In this document: piece by piece, positions 59,501 through 64,000 of the stretch
How the letters are laid out: the number at the start of each line of letters is the position of its first letter
Numbering within the stretch: the first letter of the stretch is position 1
Source: Macrostomum lignano
Taxonomy: Eukaryota
NCBI GenBank assembly: GCA_002269645.1
Contig: NIVC01000387.1
Span: 1-64,000, forward strand
Length of the DNA stretch: 64,000 bases
Reading direction: 5' to 3'
Made by a program: the position numbers and the translations under genes
Notes under the pieces: generated by a model
What the model was told of the DNA's origin: nothing
Seen by the model: the letters and a program-made list of their open reading frames with translations, nothing else
Database searches by the model: none

Positions 59501-62500
59501 CATGTCTCTTCTACACTGGCCCAGCAAAACGCACAAACATATATACTACTCATATTACTCATAGTAGACCGGCAAACATTTCCAGCGCAATGAGCAGTAG
59601 GAAGCAGAGACCAGATAATTAAAGCAATCCGCAGGAGAGGGAGAGGAGAGGGAGAGGCCGCAGGTGCGCCTGCCGCTGCCGACCGGAACAGCACTGAATT
59701 GAAGCGATGCCGCAATTACATGCAATATTCCATCAGCGTCTACTGACCGAACATCTGCTGAGCAACTGGCGCAGCGAATGCTCAAAAGAGCTGCTAATTT
59801 AACACACAGAGAGAAGAAAGGAGAAAACCGAGACCGCGTATAACGGCCCAGCAGTTGCCGTGTGATCCGCAAATTTTGTTTGAAAAGAAAAATAATTGTT
59901 AAATTGTCGTCAAAAATATCTTCCGAGGTAATTACTGCGGAAAGCGGGTTAAATAAACTGTTGAGAGCCGCCCCAGCCCGATTTGCGGGCCTTGCAAGAT
60001 GGCATCTAGTTGGAATGGGGTCTCAAGCAGCATGGGATTTTGCTAGAATGGGACCTCAACAGGATGGGGTCTCAAACACAGTGAGATTTTCTTAGAATGG
60101 CATCTTAACAGAGTGACTTCTCAGCCGGTTGGAATATAAGTAGGATGGGATCCCAGCAAGATGGGATTGCATCCTGATGGGATCTCAGAAGGATTGGATC
60201 TCAGCAGAATGAGATCTCAGCAGGATGGGATCTCAGCAGGATGGGATCTCAGCAGGATGAGATCTCAAAAGGATGGGATCCCAGCAAGATTGGATTTCAT
60301 CAGGATGGGATCTCAGCAGGATGGGATCTCAGCAGGATGGGATCTCCGCAGGATGGGATCTCCGCAGGATGGGATCTCCGCAGGATGGGATCTCAGCAGA
60401 ATGAGATCTCAAAAGGATGGGATCCCAGCAGGATGGGATCTCCGCAGGATGGGATCTCAGCAGAATGAGATCTCAAAAGGATGGGATCCCAGCAGAATGG
60501 GATCTCAGCAGGATGGGATCTCAGCAGGATGGGATCTCAGGAGAATGGGATCCCAGCAGGATGGGAACTCAGTGAGTGGCAAGTGGCAGCAAGAGGAAGG
60601 CTTAGTGAAATGGATGAGATGGCACGCGGAGAGCCGGTCACTTGACCGGGATTCCGCAGCGAAGCCGCTCACCTCGCCGCTGTCGGTCAGCATGGTGACC
60701 TTGTCTGCGCCAAACCGGGCCTCGTAGACGGCGCGCAGCCGATCGGCCAGCTCGGCCAGCCGCGTGAGGCCGGGCTCTTTGTACACAAAGACTTGCTTCT
60801 CCTCGAACAGGTCGCCGTAGAGGCCAACACGGTAGAAGGTTTCCAGGAAGCGCTTGCCCCGCGTGCTGCCCACGGCTTTGCATGCGGCGGCGCACTGCTC
60901 GTACAGAGCCGCCTGGCGCGCGTAGTCGCGCCGCGCCTCGTGGAAAGCGAGCGCCGGGCGCAGGCAGGGCGCCACAAGTTCGTAGCGCTCGGCGCGGGCC
61001 AGAAGGTCGGCGGCCTGCTGGATGAGATCGGCGAGGCCCTCCGGACTGCAGCCGTCGCGTTCCTCCTGAGGCAGGTCGTCGCCGAAGCGCTGCTCGAACT
61101 GCTCGATGTTGGGCGACAGGCCGGCAAAGGCCTCGTAGCCGTTGGGGTGTTCGCCTGGGAGGGGCGGCGGTTCGAGCCAGCCGATCGATATTCGCACGCC
61201 GAATCCCAAAAAATCCCACCTCACGGATCCTTCATCCCATTTTGATCCCAAATCCCAGATTCGTTAATCTAACAACTTTAAACCCCCATCCTGCATCCCA
61301 TTTTTGATCCCACATCACAAGCCCTTTTTAATCCCAAATCCCAAAATCCAATTTCGATCCCGAACCCCACAATCCTATTTTTGATCCCGAATCACACAAT
61401 CCCATTTTTGATTCCGCATCCCACAATCCCATTTCTGATCCCACATCCCACCATCCCATTTTGATCCCGCATTTCAAATTCTATTTTTGATCTCAAGTTT
61501 CACATTCCCATTTTTTATCCCAAATCCCATAATCAATTTTTTGATCCCGCATCTCAAATCCCATTTTTGATCCCGCATCCCAGAACCTGCAAATCGCGTC
61601 CTGCAGCCGCGCAACTCACCGCGAACCCGCAGCACCTCGGCCGTGAGGGCGGCCTGGTGCAGCACGCAGAAGGCGGCCTCGCTGAGGTGTCCGGCCTCGG
61701 CGTGCCTCTCGGCCATGTTTCTCAGGTAGGTGAGGCGCAGGCTGGGCGTGTGGCTGTAGGAGTTGGCCAGGCGCCAGTGCAGATCCACGCACATCTCCGG
61801 GTTGCCGCGGTGCAGCGCGAAGGCGGCGGTGGTGCGCAACACGGCCAGCAGCGAGTCGCAGAGGCGGCCGAGGTCGCCGCTGCCGCCACCGTCTGCCAGT
61901 CGGCGCAGCAGCCGCAGGCAGGCTTCGAAACGGCGCAGACGGGCCGGGCTGGCGCTGAGGCGTTCGGCCTGGCCGGCCAGGGCCACCATGGCCTGCGAGT
62001 GCAGCCGGCCTGCGCAGCCGGCAACCGCCTGGTTCTGGCGGGCCATGAGGTACAGCAGGCCGGAGGCCAGCTGCCGGATGTTTGGCTGGCGCGACTCGCC
62101 GCAGCGCAGCACGCAGGCGCAGAGCTGGCGAACGCAGGCGCTGGGGGAGCCGGGAGCGAACAGCACAGAGGCGAAGCGGGCAACAAAGAGGCGCAGCGAG
62201 GCGAAGGCGTGGCGCAGCAGCGGCTCGCACTGGCGCAGGTCCAGCAGCTGCAGGTAGGCGTTCACCACCCGCCTGAAGGCCGGGGCCTCGCTGCTGCCGG
62301 ACAGCAGGTCGCGTTGGAAGTGCTGCCAGAAGACGCACAGCGAATGCAGGGCGGCGAGGCCGGCCTGGGCGCTCACGTGACCCTCGGCTACCCAGCGGGC
62401 GTCGGCGGCCTTGTGCTCGGCGGCAGCTGGAAAAGGGGGTTCGGTAGGGATTGATTTCTACCGCTAAAATCTACCGCTTCATATACTTTAATATGATCTA

Positions 62501-63819
62501 AAAGGAACTGAACACAGCATTCAGCACAGCAGTTTCAAAGATGACGCCAGACTCTCTCACCATCGGCCTCGTCAAGATTCTTGGAAGCCCTGAACCCCCG
62601 GATGCCCTGGCGCCGGTCCTTGCTGGCCAGGGCGCCGCTAGACGAGATGCTCCTGCAAGGGTTGGAGATGAGCCCCGAGTTAGGGGGGGGGGTGATGGCC
62701 GAAATTCGACACTGAAAGCATGCACTTACTCGAATGTTTTCGCTTTTGTCTTTCCATTGTAGCGAAACGTTTCGAGAGCGATTCTGAAATTGGGAGGTAG
62801 GCGAGTTTTCGAGGATTAAAAACAGGACAAAGTGGTCGGAAGTTAGCTGAACAAAGGCTGAATTGGGGTGGGCTGTGGCTAGCTAAGCCAGACAAAGACT
62901 TGGTGCAGTGAGCTGTGGCTAGCTAAGCCAGACAAAGACTTGGTGCAGTGAGCAGTGGGCAGCTAAGCCAGACAAAGACTTGGTGCAGGTGAGCAGTGGG
63001 CAGCTAAGCCAAACAAAGACTTGGTGCAGGTGAGCAGTGGGCAGCTAAGCCAAACAAAGACTTGGTGCAGGTGAGCAGTGGGCAGCTAAGCCAAACAAAG
63101 ACTTGGTGCAGGTGAGCAGTGGCCAGCTAAGCCAAACAAAGACTTGGTGCAGGTGAGCAGTGGGCAGCTAAGCCAAACAAAGACTTGGTGCAGGTGAGCA
63201 GTGGGCAGCTAAGCCAAACAAAGACTTGGTGCAGGTGAGCAGTGGCCAGCTAAGCCAAACAAAGACTTGGTGCAGGTGAGCAGTGGCCAGCTAAGCCAAA
63301 CAAAGACTTGGTGCAGGTGAGCTGTGGGCAGCTAAGCCAAACAAAGACTTGGTGCAGGTGGGCAGTGGGCAGCTAAGCCAAACAAAGACTTGGTGCAGGT
63401 GGGCAGTGGGCAGCTAAGCCAAACAAAGACTTGGTGCAGGTGGGCAGTGGGCAGTAATCCACATAGCAGCTGTGGCGACTCACTCGAGAATTTCCAGGAA
63501 GTCGAGGCGGTCATTGGGAGACAAGCTGCTGAGCCAGGAGACGAGTACTTCTAAAAGAGGCAAAAACATTCGCAATCCCGTCAGGCTGTTTATCGCAAAA
63601 TGAAAGTCGCACCTGCGAAAACTCAAAGATAATTCAATTTAACAGATTTCAGTTGGAAAGAAGCGCTTCTGCTTAAAAGCAGTACAAAGGGAGACGCCAC
63701 AAAATGGCATAAATTGCTCATCGCCAATGGGATTTAAAATTGCAGCCAAATTCAATAAGCGGACAAAACAGAAAAACAGGTCGGATGACGGTGGCTGGCG
63801 CACCTGCCGGCGAATCTGC
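56576..63819 (-). CDS. DOCK9: DOCK-D (DOCK9/10/11, zizimin) GEF, 3' exons including DHR-2; gene continues beyond the window
   Basis: Exons 63819-63804 (16-nt, tentative), 63550-63484, 62652-62561, 62426-61620, 61154-60673, 58342-57974, 56866-56576; phases consistent. Motifs DLHWRLANSYSHTPSLRLTYL, FYRVGLYG...VYKEP, FVLETPFT...EDQWRRRT, LQMVLQG...QVHAGPMAYAHAFL. AGPxAYAxAFL favours DOCK-D; the symbol is family-level only. Confidence 0.92.
56885..57875 (+). repeat. ~15-bp gcctgtgtgactg-based minisatellite in last DOCK intron
   Basis: Repeated ggcgcctgtgtgact / gatgcctgtgtgact units. Confidence 0.95.
58425..59470 (+). repeat. 21-bp minisatellite in DOCK intron
   Basis: tctacaggcttttctacatta and variants, about 50 copies. 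Confidence 0.95.
60130..60565 (+). repeat. 16-bp minisatellite in DOCK intron
   Basis: ggatgggatctcagca and variants. Confidence 0.93.
61200..61585 (+). repeat. Degenerate atcccatttttgatccc repeat in DOCK intron
   Basis: Repeated atccca(t/c)...tttttgatccc units. Confidence 0.85.
62875..63455 (+). repeat. 41-bp minisatellite in DOCK intron
   Basis: agctaagccaaacaaagacttggtgcaggtgagcagtgggc, about 14 copies. Confidence 0.95.
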
Positions 63820-63897
63820 CTGATTAGCAGAAGCAAAGAGCAAAAATAATTAATAATAATAGAGCAAGCGAAGTCGAGGGGGAAATTTATTTAACCA

Positions 63898-64000
63898 TGC
63901 GTTCACACAGTTAGTGCTGTAGCTACATCATGTTCACACAGTTAGTGCTGTAGCTACATCCTGTTTACACAGTTAGTGCTGTAGCTATATCCTGTTCACA
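63898..64000 (+). repeat. 31-bp minisatellite (runs off window end)
   Basis: tgttcacacagttagtgctgtagctacatc(a/c), at least 3 copies. Confidence 0.9.

Noticed and set aside
52564-59622. Long ORFs over the GA-rich tract and the 15-, 21- and 30-bp arrays
   Set aside because: Low-complexity repeat translations, mostly intronic or intergenic.

Overview
Eukaryotic, intron-containing animal DNA: GC-rich exons, many 75-200 bp GT-AG introns, AT-rich spacers and a very high density of minisatellites. This style suggests a free-living flatworm such as Macrostomum (inference, not proven). I assembled spliced gene models by hand and checked phase at every junction. Host genes: ANP32, PTRH2, a prostanoid-type GPCR, an uncharacterised KH-like protein, an N-acylated globin, a two-exon secreted Cys-rich peptide gene missed by the ORF track, and the 3' part of a DOCK-D (zizimin) GEF. 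Mobile DNA: a CACTA/EnSpm-type element with an intact transposase and a head-to-head six-exon DUF4806-like partner gene, a ~12.8 kb foldback-like structure with 2.4/3.5 kb inverted arms, a truncated spliced THAP/P-element transposase, two hAT MITEs with exact 8-bp TSDs, a CORE-type tRNA SINE, and RTE and RNase H-bearing LINE fragments. The most novel-looking signals are the defensin-like peptide gene, exons flanked by minisatellites with mutually reverse-complementary cores, and the giant foldback. No rRNA, intact tRNA or CRISPR array was seen. Most long ORFs in the track are translations of tandem repeats.
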